DNA of 63,847 nt, the filler included. It is 11 parts of 11 records of this genome, joined end to end, with 100 filler letters (N's around TTAATTAATTAA, not from the genome) between each part and the next. Parts side by side here need not be neighbours in the genome. Positions count along the whole stretch, not along the records: positions 1 to 4,310 come from SRR7504441_900; positions 4,411 to 11,603 come from SRR7504441_902; 9 more parts are not named here. One strand, given 5' to 3'. Below are positions 1 to 10,362 of this stretch, one piece after another (within the stretch, counting starts at the first letter, position 1; every line of letters starts with the position of its first letter). Position numbers and translations under genes: made by a program. A model generated the notes under the pieces. The model worked only from the letters and a program-made list of their open reading frames with translations, searched no databases and was not told the origin of the DNA.

Positions 1-93
1 GCCGGCCGCATGTCAGTGGCCGACTCGTGACGGGGTGTGGCAGGCCTGACGCGGTGACGCCTGTAGATCTAGCTACGCCACATCTTTCACTGC

Positions 94-1418
94 ATGGAAA
101 CGACTCCCGCTGAGGAAGCGACTCTCTGTGAGCTGGGAGAGCAGCTCTCCTCCGTGGAAGCACTGCGTGATCGGGCAGCGATGCTGCTCATCAACGATCG
201 CTTGAATGCTCGGGCTCTCCTCCCGTCACAGCGCAAGCAAATTAAGCAGCTGGTGCTCGAGCTCAACGGCCTCCTCGAGCAACAGCACCTCCCGGCGGGG
301 GCAGACACAATAGCAGACACGTCGGACCCGCATCGGATACTGCAAATAGCCCGAGAGCTCAGACAGCTGCTGGCTAAGCTCGAGGGCGTATCGGTGCATA
401 GGAACCCGCGAACTGAGGGGTTACGAGCCTCAGGCCTGGTGGTGACTGAGAAGCTTGGGTGCCGTAGCAGTGGGGTCTGAGCAGCTGTGCCAGGTGGCAC
501 CGCTCCCAGCGCCGTTTGATGGAGTCTGGAGTGAACAGTGGTGATCAGCAATGACGCGGCGTTTTTAATGAACAGTTCGGTGTGCACAGGTTAGCCGAGA
601 TCAGTAAGCTTGAGAACAGTGGACAGTACAATTCCCTGCACCGCAAGTCGGTCGATGTTGCAGACACAGGGTTTCCATATGAGCAAATTATCCAGGCCCT
701 TGGAGACCCGGTGATTCCTCATTTTAGCCTGATAGTGGCACACTAGATAGTGGCCACATAACTAATCAGCTAAGCAGCGCTCTCGACTGAGAGTGGAACA
801 GATTCGATCCGACTTTGGGCTCGACCCCTCGCAATTACACTTACACGCAGGCAGCACTACTGGCGCGGGCACATGTGTCAATATTGAGCATAGGTGGTGG
901 TGCAGGTTTCTTCATTCATTATCATAAAGATGCCAACCTCAAGCTGAAGCGGCATGTGGACGACTCACTTCTCACGATTAATATATGTCTGTATGCCAAA
1001 TGCAAAGGCACAGAGATTAAGTGATCAATTGTTCTCTTGACTGCTTGAACAATGATGGTGTGTGCTCCTGTTAGTTTTTTTGGTAAGAAAGCTTTGCACT
1101 CTCAACACACAGCAGCTGCCTCCGGAGGATTCTGTTCAGTCAATCTGCACCAAGGTGTCATGTGGGGGTAGGGTTATTCTATTCAGTTTATCTGCACCAA
1201 GATGGCATGTAGCCAACCCGGTCTTTAGCAGCTGACTCCGGATGATCCGGGCTCTGTGCGCAGGTGAGGCGTTGCTGCACTGGGGCAAACATGCACACGA
1301 GACCGACCCGTTAGCGTCAGGCGAGCGAATGAATGTAATCTTATGGTTTTATCAATTAGAGAGCCCTGACATCAATGGAGGTTCAATACATTCAACAGCA
1401 GAAGAGGTCCAACAATAA
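94..1418 (+). CDS. Multi-exon 2OG-Fe(II) oxygenase, OGFOD2/PLOD C-terminal-like (start uncertain)
   Basis: Splicing introns 851-905 (GC-AG), 1021-1074 and 1155-1263 gives LHLHAGFFIHYHKDANLKLKRHVDDSLLTINICL...GEALLHWGKHAHETDPLASGERMNVILWF, with the HxD motif, distal His and 2OG-binding Arg; stop TAA 1416-1418. The 5' exons are not fully resolved. Confidence 0.7.
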
Positions 1419-1631
1419 TCTACAAGCTACTGGATGCTGAATAATCTACAAGCTATTAGTAGCTGAATCATGATGGCAGTACGGTGCAATATCCAGGCAA
1501 TATGGTGCAATATAATTATACTAAGTCTATACTAAGTCTTGAGCAATCATGAAATTGTATCACAAATGATCATGATTATTGCACTATTGCAATTAGCGTC
1601 TAGCTAGCTATATAATTGTATAAGCATCTAG

Positions 1632-2712
1632 CTAGATGGCCCCGAGATCAGCCAGAGCCTTGCGTACCTTCTCCTTGGTGGCGTCGTTAGCCGAGGTCAG
1701 TGGCAGCCTGAGCGAGCCTTGTGAGAGCCCGAGCAACTCAGCCCCATGCTTGACCGGCACCGGGTTGACCTCGGCCACCATGGCCTGGAACAGAGGGAAC
1801 AGCTTCATCTGGATCTCCAGCGCCCCCCCAAAGTCGCCAGCCAACCCCTTGCGCACCATCGTGCTCATTTGTGCCGGCACCAGATTGGCGGCAACACTCA
1901 TCACACCTTTGCCTGCACACAGCACGGCTCACCCCCGCACTCAGGCGGGCCACCCCCGAGACTCATCAGCGGGAGCGCCAGCGAGTCGTCCCCGGATAGC
2001 ACCGTGATGTCACAGCGCTTGCGGATCTCTGCAGCGCACTCGTCATGTTGGCAGCTGCAGCTTAGCCGTACCAGTTGCGATGTCCATATTCGCACTCGCC
2101 TCCTTAATGGCAACCACCTCAGGCAGCTCGTAGCAGCGGGCCACAGTCGCAGGGCTCATGCTGACGTTGGTGCGTCCTGGCACGTTGTACAAGGTGATGG
2201 GGAGCCCTACAGCAGCCAGTTGCTCGTAATGGAGCACCATCCCTTCCTGGCTAGGCTTGCAGAAGTAAGGAGTGGCCACTGCACCCTCCTCAGCCACCAG
2301 CGCCCTCAGCCCGTGCCTAGACAGCCGTCGGCGCCGGCCGCCTTGGCGCTGGCGGTGAGCTGCTTGGCCTCCGCTGTGCTGCTCCCCGCTGTTCCCGCCA
2401 CCACCGGCACTCTCCCGGCGGTTACGTTCACAACACACGCTACGATGCTCCTGTGCTCTTCCGCAGACACCTGCCTCATAGGTCCGCTCCGCGGGCCGCG
2501 CAGCACACCGAGAAGCATTCGCCAGTCGTGCCCATCGGGATCAGCCCGCTCACTCCGTGCTCTATCTGGTCGTTGGCCAGCCGCTCCAGCCGCTCCCAGT
2601 CCACCCCACCGTCCGCACCGAACGGAGTGACCAGGTTTGTCAGCACGCCTGAGAGCGACAGCCCCCGGCGCCCGAGAGCGCAGGCCGCGACTGCGCGCCG
2701 CACTCCAAGCAT
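1632..2712 (-). CDS. dapA: 4-hydroxy-tetrahydrodipicolinate synthase (DHDPS/DapA family) with N-terminal presequence; 5 exons
   Basis: Introns 2508-2471, 2316-2279 (GC-AG), 2071-2029 and 1953-1913 join LVTPF, GTTGE, TPYFCKPSQEG, LYNVPGRT, KEAS (Schiff-base Lys), SGDD and NPVPVK motifs in register. Confidence 0.88.
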
Positions 2713-2774
2713 CCACCCGGCGCCAAACGGCTGCCGTTAGCGGCTCCGGCGGTGCATGCACCGGCCGCTGGAGA

Positions 2775-4310
2775 ATGGCAGCCACGGAGAGCACCGTGAA
2801 GCAAGAGATCGCTAGGGAGGCGTTCCTTCCTAAGGCCGAGGTCACTGTTCAAGCGGCACAACACCGTCGCCAACTGTTCAAGCGGCACAACACCGTGGAC
2901 AGCAACCGTGGCAAGTACACAATTCACAATCTGCTCAAGGGTGCGCCACAGATGCCAGTGTGCAGAGTCGGAGCTGCGCATGAGGTGTTCCAGGGCGACC
3001 TCGGCCCAGTAAAGGTGTTTATATGTGTCAAGAAGGCACTGCACCCATACGCGCCAGGTATGAAAGTGGGGGTCGTCGGTGATCACGGTGATAAGACGGG
3101 GGCTATCTTCATCTCCCCAGGCGAGGCCCTCGCTGCACCGTTCGCGCTCTTCACGCGACCAAACTCCGCAGGTGGCCACGCTTGGTGGCAGTATGTGGGG
3201 CACTACACTCTCCAGCGGGAATTCCACGCTGGAGAGTGTGGGATTCCCGCCGCTCTGCACGATGATGATTGCTCAGAGCGAAGGGTGACATTCTCCGAGA
3301 TATTTAAGGACAATAGGGCGTGTGGACAGCAATGGGTGGAGGCTCTAATCAAGCACCAGAACTGGGGTGCGTCCCTAAAGTGGGTGGTGAGGGACGCCTG
3401 TTGGTGGGCTGTTGAACATTTGAGCACTGGGTATGAAGTAGATTGCTGTAGTCTTGCATCGAAGTGCATAGACTATAGCGAGCTGGAACCCCACAAGTGC
3501 CGACGAGTCCCAGCAATTAAGAAGGTGCTGGCGATGCCCGCAGTGAAGACGGTGCTGTCTAAGCACAGTCGGGGTCTGAAGAAGGCTATGATGGCCTATC
3601 ATGACGCAGTCGGGGACGAACAAGTAATGCACGAACAAGTCATGCACAATATGATTGAGCCCTTAGCTACTAAGATCTTCAATATGCTAGGGCGTGCTGA
3701 ACTGCGAGCATTGACTACAGAATTTCTAGAATCTGGGGCTCTGGACTGCGGGTACAGCGTAATTGAATACGTCGGATATGACAAAAAGCTTTACGAAGCT
3801 TTGTGCAGGAACCAACAGGATGCACCATGGCAACAACAACAGCCATCGCCGGACACTGCAGTGTTGCCAATAAAATTTGAGCAAGTGCAAGCAAGCAGGA
3901 AAAGGGCTACGAGTACGGGTAATCATCATGATGCAGCTGCACCTTCAGTGAATAAACCGAAGCGTCAGACAACTGCCAGACAAAAGTCCCACTTTAGGTT
4001 ATCTGACCTGGTGTGGGTCAATTGTGGACACAATTACGGGCAATGGCCAGGATGGATCACAGGTGAGTGTGACAAGGATGGCAGATACAGAGTGCAGTTT
4101 TGTGGCCCTGAGGAGGAGTACAACGACTTTCAGCCGGAAAAATTAATGATTTTCAAGCCTCCAGCCATAGAAGAGGTGAGGTTGTCAATAGCTGGAAAGG
4201 ACCGTGGCCGTTGGGAACTCGCAGTGGCATCTGCCAGTAGAGAGTGGCACAGAATGAACCAGATAGAGGACAAAGAAATGGTCGATAAAAGGTTGGCTGC
4301 TTACAAGATG
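2775..4310 (+). CDS. DUF6697-like domain + C-terminal PWWP-like domain protein (3' truncated by contig end)
   Basis: ATG 2775 in the 573-aa ORF. FRLSDLVWVNCGHNYGQWPGWI...YRVQFCG...KLMIF resembles PWWP. PYAPG...FALFTR...WQYVGHY...W...WG...IEYVGYDKKLYEAL resembles DUF6697. Confidence 0.55.
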
Positions 4311-4410
4311 NNNNNNNNNNNNNNNNNNNNNNNNNNNNNNNNNNNNNNNNNNNNTTAATTAATTAANNNNNNNNNNNNNNNNNNNNNNNNNNNNNNNNNN
4401 NNNNNNNNNN
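4311..4410. other. Artificial contig spacer
   Basis: 44 N + TTAATTAATTAA (stops in six frames) + 44 N. Confidence 0.98.
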
Positions 4411-6189
4411 CTGATGCACGAGGGGCTGGGTAGGGCGTTCCGCAGTTGGCAAATATTCCTATCGCAAGCAGTCCGGCGAATGAACGTGTCGATGAGAAGA
4501 GCGACTATCCGCTTTTGGCGTATTCGCACATCTACCATGTTGACGCACTGGTATCGAAACTCACAGGTATCATGCTACTACTTAGGCCTGAACACCAGTG
4601 CGTGGCTCTTCTACAGGCACAAATCACTGCACACTGCCTTGTACACATGGGGTGGCAATATGCCAGTGCTGACTTCTTACAACGAATCATCCCACTGGAG
4701 GCTACGGTCTATGAGGGCAGTCTTCAGCAGGTGGCGTGGAACTGCTGCCACAATCTTTGAGCAGGAAATGCTGCTTGCTGCTATCTTACACCGAGAAGCA
4801 GTCCGATCTCTGAGGTTAGCGTTCGATGGCTGGCAGCATGTTGTGGCTACCGCCTACGTTCTGGACCTGGTGAGCTCACGATCAGTTGAGAGAATGCAAG
4901 AGATCCGCCTTGGTCTCGCATTCCGAGACTGGAGAGTGGCTGCTCGATGCTGTGGCGACCTCGATAATTGGTTGGAGCAGGATGCGATAGAGTGGCGGCA
5001 GCATGTCGTCTTGCGCGCTGCACTGCAGGCATTTCGTCTGTGGCGCAGCAGCGTGCAAGCTTGGTTCAGAGGACAAGTACACGATGCATGGGCCTGTCAG
5101 TTGCTCCTACAGGGCGCTTTAAACCAGTGGCGTGCGGTGGTTGAGGGCTCTATGTACTTTGGCCAAGCTGCATTCTTACAATCAGTGCCGAGGCGGCTAT
5201 GGTATGCTCGGCTGGGCACAGCCTTACAATCTTGGCGCGAAGTAGCTTATCATGCAGCTAAAGAAGATTGGCGAACCGGTGAAGGCATTAGAGCGATGCG
5301 GTTGTGGCATCTCGAGAAAGTTGTCACTCGGTGGAGAACTGTGGCCATGAAGTGCTCCGGTAGACAGGTGCACCGAGCTCTAGCTCACTTCCAGAGGCAT
5401 GGGCTCGTTGAGGCGTTCTTCAAGTGGCGTTTGGTGTATAGCATCTCTCATGTCAATCTATGGGAGCCGCCAATATGGAATACGGGACCCGCGTATCATG
5501 GTGGTGTGCAAGACTTTCTTTTCGAAATCCTCCAAGTTACAGTTTCAAAGCCCAAACAAGGCAACTTGCCTTGCGGTTTGCGTGATCTGTTGTACAGGTA
5601 AGGCACGATTAGAGTATATGCTTGAAGTGACAACGCGCGGTCGCTCCAACAATACCTCACTAATTTGTCAAGTGAAGCGTTCGTTTGATGACTTCACCAA
5701 GCTGCACAGCATTGTGTGTATCCTAGCGCCGCCAGTGATTATCCTCTGACCTCTTGGTTGGTGCAGTACCAACGCATAAACCAAGAATCGGGCCTTTTGA
5801 CCGGCAGCCTTAGCCTGCCAAATCACAACACGTTCAGAGGCTTTGGGAATTCACCGCAGTATAACCTAGCAGAAGTCAACGTTCGGAAGGAGATGCTCTG
5901 CCGCTACCTGACCGACCTATCAAGCTTGTCGAAAGCTCAGGACACTCGGCTGATCCACTGGTTCATCGGCGAGCGACCATCGGCTGTGGTTTGCAGGATA
6001 ATTTGTCAGACGCATCGTCGTAAACTCAACAGGAGCTCGCGGCTGCGGGCAAGTCTGCATCATAGCGACTTGGATGAGTTCGATCGCTGGGATGTTGACG
6101 GGAACGGGGTCATCGATCGTGCTGAGTTTGCTCGGATGCGAGCGATGGAAAGATCTAGTAGTGCGCATGGACACTTGCAATCATATTAG
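4411..6189 (+). CDS. Sfi1-like Trp-repeat protein with PX-like domain and C-terminal EF-hand (5' truncated)
   Basis: Periodic L..AF..W[RQ] repeats. Introns 5561-5597 (GC-AG) and 5714-5766 join to EYMLEV...VKRSFDDFTKLH...RKEMLCRYLTDL (PX-like) and DVDGNGVIDRAEF (EF-hand). Confidence 0.6.
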
Positions 6190-6375
6190 TTCAATGATAG
6201 AAATTTAGAGTAATGGACTTCAATCCTTAATTAATACAGTTACTAGTTTGTCAATTAGAGTCATCAGAAGATGCTTGTGACTTGGACTTCCTCATGATCA
6301 CAGGTACATGTAACGTCTTTACGACAAACCTTGCGAATGAATTATTTGGTCGAATTTACTGCGAGTAGCAATGCA

Positions 6376-8886
6376 TCAAGACGCGGCACCGCGCAACTGT
6401 TCGACCACTTTCGGCGCCTGTGCACGCATCTCTCGGGGCAGTAGCTCGATCCAGGGTTGCTCGCACAGCATCGCCATCAGCTCGGGGAAGTCGAGCGTGC
6501 CCGACCCATCCTTGTCAAACTTGCGCAGGCTTGCCACAACTTCGGCATCCAACTCACTCGGTGACAACGGGGTGCCCAGTTTAGTCCATAGCGACTGAAT
6601 CGCCCCGCTAAGCTCGCTCTCGTCGATCTCGCAAGAGCAATCCGCATCGAATTCGTCGAAAATCGACTTGGCGAGAGCCACGAAACCCTCAACTGAGAGA
6701 TCCGCCTCGGCTCGCCCAGCAGCGTCCCCGCCGTAGAACCAGCGCACAGTCGGCTCGTACGAGAGATGTTGGCTCAGCACGCCCTGGTACAGCCGGCTCG
6801 ACCTGTTCTTGAGTTGAGCCGCGAAAGTGAGCCGCAGCTCGCTGGGCGATGGGTCACCCCGCCCTCCTGGCGCCAACTGGACCGCAATTATCTCAAGCCT
6901 CGCGTCCTCCAGGTCCACAATCTCCGCACTGAGCGGCTTGACCCGTTCTTGTTCGCAGGCTAGTGCTGCGCTCACGTCGGTAGCCAATTGTTCCTCCCAG
7001 TCGAGTCCTAGTCGGCCGGGTGTCAGCAGCAGGTGAACTTGACTCGGGGCTTGCTGCTGCAGCTCCTCAATCTGCCCTTTAAGTTGATGCGCCTGCTTGA
7101 ACTCCTCGGCCTTGACCGCCGCGCTCTTAGCTTGCTGAAGCTCCTGAATAGCGTCTGCCCATGCCGGTGGGGCACCCCCCGGCGGCGCGGCAGGCTCCGC
7201 GGCAGGCTCCACGGCAGCTGGCTTGACTCTAGCAGGCCGGCCATCTGTTGCACTCTCCGTGATCAGCCAGCCATTGATTTGTTCCCCCGTGAGCTCCGAA
7301 AGCCCGGCCCGGCCCGGGGCCAACTTGACCTCAAGCAGCAGCCCGAGCCTGTCCCACGACTCGCCTTGTACATCCGGCTCCGAAGCCCCGGAATCAGCAA
7401 GCTCCAGCACGCTCCGCAGCTCTCCCGCCGCCCGCCGCCGATCCACGTCGCCTAGCTCCTCCGGCCCGCACACCCGGACTATCCGGATCGAGTCTGGTGG
7501 CGCTCCCGCAGCCTCGGCGTACCCGTCGAGGAACTCGGCCGCCTCGAGCTCGAATTGTCTGGGCTCCGGAGCCTCAAGTCCCAGGAAGAGCTTGAAGGTC
7601 CTGGCCGGGAGCGCCAGCCGCACTGGGCGCTGCCTGAGGCTGCAGACGCGGGATATGGAGACATGCCCCCAGGCGGCGTTACCGTGCGAGGCCTCGGCGC
7701 GCATCACGTCGAGCGAGGCGAGAGCTGCAGCGTGCACGATCTTGCTGCTGCTAGTGATGCCAATTGTGAGCTGGATGCATCCCTGAGCGGGCTCGGCCTT
7801 CTGGACAGCGATTGCGCTCAGCTCCACCCGAAGCTGGGCTGCGAGGCTCTGCAGCATGGTGCTTCTTTTGAGAGGCCAGATCGATATAGGGATGACTGCG
7901 GTCGCTTCAAACTGGAGCAGCTGAGCATCCTGCTCCTGCTCGCGCTCCAACGGACTCGCCTCTCCCAGCACCATGGCCCCCACAATCGCCTGCCGAAGCC
8001 GCTCCAAGTCGACACTTCCGTTGGCCGGCATTTGCATCAATTCGGGCGCCTCAGACGTGCTAACCCGCGCCTCTGCCGCTGCCTGCTGTAACTGAGCGCA
8101 TACCTGCCCTGCCTCGGGCTCCAGGAGCGTCCCAGAGAACCGCTGCGAGCTGTGGAACGTGGACAGCAGCCGCCTGGCGCTCCCACAGCTGTGCTGGAGC
8201 CGCTTGACCACTGAGCGGCGGGCCACCATCCCCTGGCGGAGTGCTGACACATGCCCGTCCCACTGACTGTTAAGCTGCTCCGTGAGCGACCGCTCGGCCT
8301 GCTCCACCGCCCGCCGCGCCTCGGCCGCCGCCGCCGCCACCGCCCCGAGCTGCGCCTGGTGCTCTAGCCGGGCGGCGTGCTCAGCATCGCCGAGTTGCTG
8401 CAGCGCCCTCTCGATCGAAGCTCCTTGCCGGGCGGCACGGTACAGCTGGGTGCTGAGCTGGTTCCGGAGCCCGTCCACCGCAGGCGAGCGGAGCGGCACC
8501 CCCTGGTTGGCCAGCTGCTGGTACAGCTGCCACTCGGCACTGCCGGTACCCTCCCGCGGCTTCGGCGGTGCTGCGCTCACCCGCAGCCCCTCGCAGCCCG
8601 GGCTGTACACGCTCGGCTGGTTCAGGCTGCGGTCGACGATCTCCGACGCCAGCAAGGCCAGGTTGGCCTCGTCAGAGACGTCCAGCCGCCGCCGGGCCCC
8701 CTCCATCAGCTGCCGCAGCCGCGCCTCCTCCTCGGCCTCCTCCGCCTCCCGACCGGCCGACGCGAAGAGCCGGGAACGACCCAGCCGGCTGCCGTGGCGA
8801 ATCTGGCTGCGCACGTCGGAGTCCCGCTCGGCGGCCGCCTGGATCCGCCCGAGCAGCTCGGCGTTGGCGCTGCCAGCGCTCTGCAT
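6376..8886 (-). CDS. 836-aa hypothetical protein with coiled coil, UVR-like helical hairpin and paired C-terminal EF-hands
   Basis: Long ORF; DADCSCEIDESEL and DKDGSGTLDFPEL EF-hand loops; AKSAAVKAEEFKQAHQLKGQI is UVR-like. Confidence 0.7.
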   Translation of the reverse strand: MQSAGSANAELLGRIQAAAERDSDVRSQIRHGSRLGRSRLFASAGREAEEAEEEARLRQLMEGARRRLDVSDEANLALLASEIVDRSLNQPSVYSPGCEGLRVSAAPPKPREGTGSAEWQLYQQLANQGVPLRSPAVDGLRNQLSTQLYRAARQGASIERALQQLGDAEHAARLEHQAQLGAVAAAAAEARRAVEQAERSLTEQLNSQWDGHVSALRQGMVARRSVVKRLQHSCGSARRLLSTFHSSQRFSGTLLEPEAGQVCAQLQQAAAEARVSTSEAPELMQMPANGSVDLERLRQAIVGAMVLGEASPLEREQEQDAQLLQFEATAVIPISIWPLKRSTMLQSLAAQLRVELSAIAVQKAEPAQGCIQLTIGITSSSKIVHAAALASLDVMRAEASHGNAAWGHVSISRVCSLRQRPVRLALPARTFKLFLGLEAPEPRQFELEAAEFLDGYAEAAGAPPDSIRIVRVCGPEELGDVDRRRAAGELRSVLELADSGASEPDVQGESWDRLGLLLEVKLAPGRAGLSELTGEQINGWLITESATDGRPARVKPAAVEPAAEPAAPPGGAPPAWADAIQELQQAKSAAVKAEEFKQAHQLKGQIEELQQQAPSQVHLLLTPGRLGLDWEEQLATDVSAALACEQERVKPLSAEIVDLEDARLEIIAVQLAPGGRGDPSPSELRLTFAAQLKNRSSRLYQGVLSQHLSYEPTVRWFYGGDAAGRAEADLSVEGFVALAKSIFDEFDADCSCEIDESELSGAIQSLWTKLGTPLSPSELDAEVVASLRKFDKDGSGTLDFPELMAMLCEQPWIELLPREMRAQAPKVVEQLRGAAS

Positions 8887-9032
8887 CCCTGTGTCACCTG
8901 CAACTGATTTTCGATTATTTCCATCCTGGCCGCGGTTTTCGTCATCTAGTTTTCGAGGTTTCCTGGTTTAACGACTGACCTCTCAGAGAACGCGGTACAC
9001 GGGCATCTGCGCCATCTGGGTCACTCATCAAG

Positions 9033-9740
9033 ATGGGTCTATGCTCTTCTACGGCCGAACCGGCGCCGGTGGCCAAGGCCCAAGCGCGAAGCTTCATGGA
9101 CTCATTCGCCGAGTCCAACGAGAACCTGGCCGGTCTCCAGCCCTCGCCGCTCATTACGGGAGAAAGCTTTGCCGACTTGGCGCGACGCGAGGTCAATGCG
9201 GCAACCGAGTCGTTCGCCATCTCCCAACAAACCGCCTCGAGCTCGAGCCTGGATAGCTTGGACCTCGGCCTCCCTTACACTCCGATCTCCCGCCAGCGGG
9301 GCCGCCACTGTTCGTGCCAACTCCGGATTGGAGCTGAAGTACTCCTCTCCCCCGGGTACAAGCAAGTGCTCGACGCCGAGGAGGGTTGCCTCGAGGAGGG
9401 GGCAATCGGGATCGTAAGCGGCACGGAGGCCGGCAGCACCCCCGAACGGGAGCTCTACTGCGTGCACTCGGCGTCGGGGTCGACCTGGTGGTACGCCCGA
9501 TGCGCACTCCAGCTCAATAGATGCTTGGACCCGACCGGGTGCAAGCGGCAGTCCCATGATCTAGAGGTGGGCCGGATGCCGACCCCGGGCGCCTCCCCGA
9601 TGCCTTTCGAAGCCGACCTGAGGCTCGCGTGTGAGAGCTCTACCAAGGTTGCGGCGGTGGCATGTGCCCGATGGAACAAAAGAGTCAACGACATGAAGCG
9701 GCGGAAGGTGGTTGCGTGCAAGACCTTGCAGCCCGGCTGA
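9033..9740 (+). CDS. Hypothetical protein with N-terminal MGLCSS dual-acylation motif (may extend by splicing to about 10033)
   Basis: ATG 9033; MGxCxS is a myristoylation/palmitoylation-type N-terminus; divergent from the 8886 gene. Confidence 0.5.
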   Translation: MGLCSSTAEPAPVAKAQARSFMDSFAESNENLAGLQPSPLITGESFADLARREVNAATESFAISQQTASSSSLDSLDLGLPYTPISRQRGRHCSCQLRIGAEVLLSPGYKQVLDAEEGCLEEGAIGIVSGTEAGSTPERELYCVHSASGSTWWYARCALQLNRCLDPTGCKRQSHDLEVGRMPTPGASPMPFEADLRLACESSTKVAAVACARWNKRVNDMKRRKVVACKTLQPG

Positions 9741-10362
9741 TTCCAAAGGCTCTCGCTTGGACCTTCTAAAGTGCGTTCTGATCACTTGGCTGACAGCTCT
9801 TGTGCGAGATTTCCAAGGCTGAGTCACGCAGAATGCAAGCCCCTGACGCGGGTTGCAATCGAATTCCAGCCGGCGCTGGTCTACACCCACCGAGGCTTGA
9901 CCTTTTTGAGGAAGGCAAGCTGTCGCTGGCGTGGAACGCAGAATGCATGGAGAGGTCCCAACTAGTTGCTTCTAGTTGTGGGTACCAAGCTAGGGGCTGT
10001 GCGCCCGAGCTCCAAGTTATCCTGGATGCAGTGAGACACGTCGCCTCTGGTTTACTACTTGTTATGGCATGAACACTTCACGCTCATGAGCCACTTATCG
10101 TGCTTCATGAGTTGTGTGCTGTATCGTGCATCATTGATTATTTACCACCGTTTATCATTAATTAAAGCTGTCCATGCACTCGCGTAACAAGCACCTCATA
10201 CACAACGCTGTTTGCCTGACGCGATGCACTCTTGCCAATGTACAAGCTTGATACAAACGAACCTGGCTCCGACTCGCCCATTGTACACCGCGTATCCACC
10301 GCCGTTAGAAAAGCACACCTGCGCACAAGGAAGCGCCTTGGAGTGGCAGCGCCAGCGCAGGG

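Noticed and set aside
1410-1540. Short tandem duplications (AATAATCTACAAGCTA x2, ATACTAAGTCT x2)
   Set aside because: Ordinary slippage repeats in an AT-rich 3' intergenic region; no repeat-spacer structure, so not CRISPR.
2719-2727. E2F-like TTTGGCGCC in the dapA/PWWP gap (also TTCCCGCCA at 14585-14593)
   Set aside because: Short GC-rich motifs are expected several times by chance in 64 kb; no enrichment could be shown.
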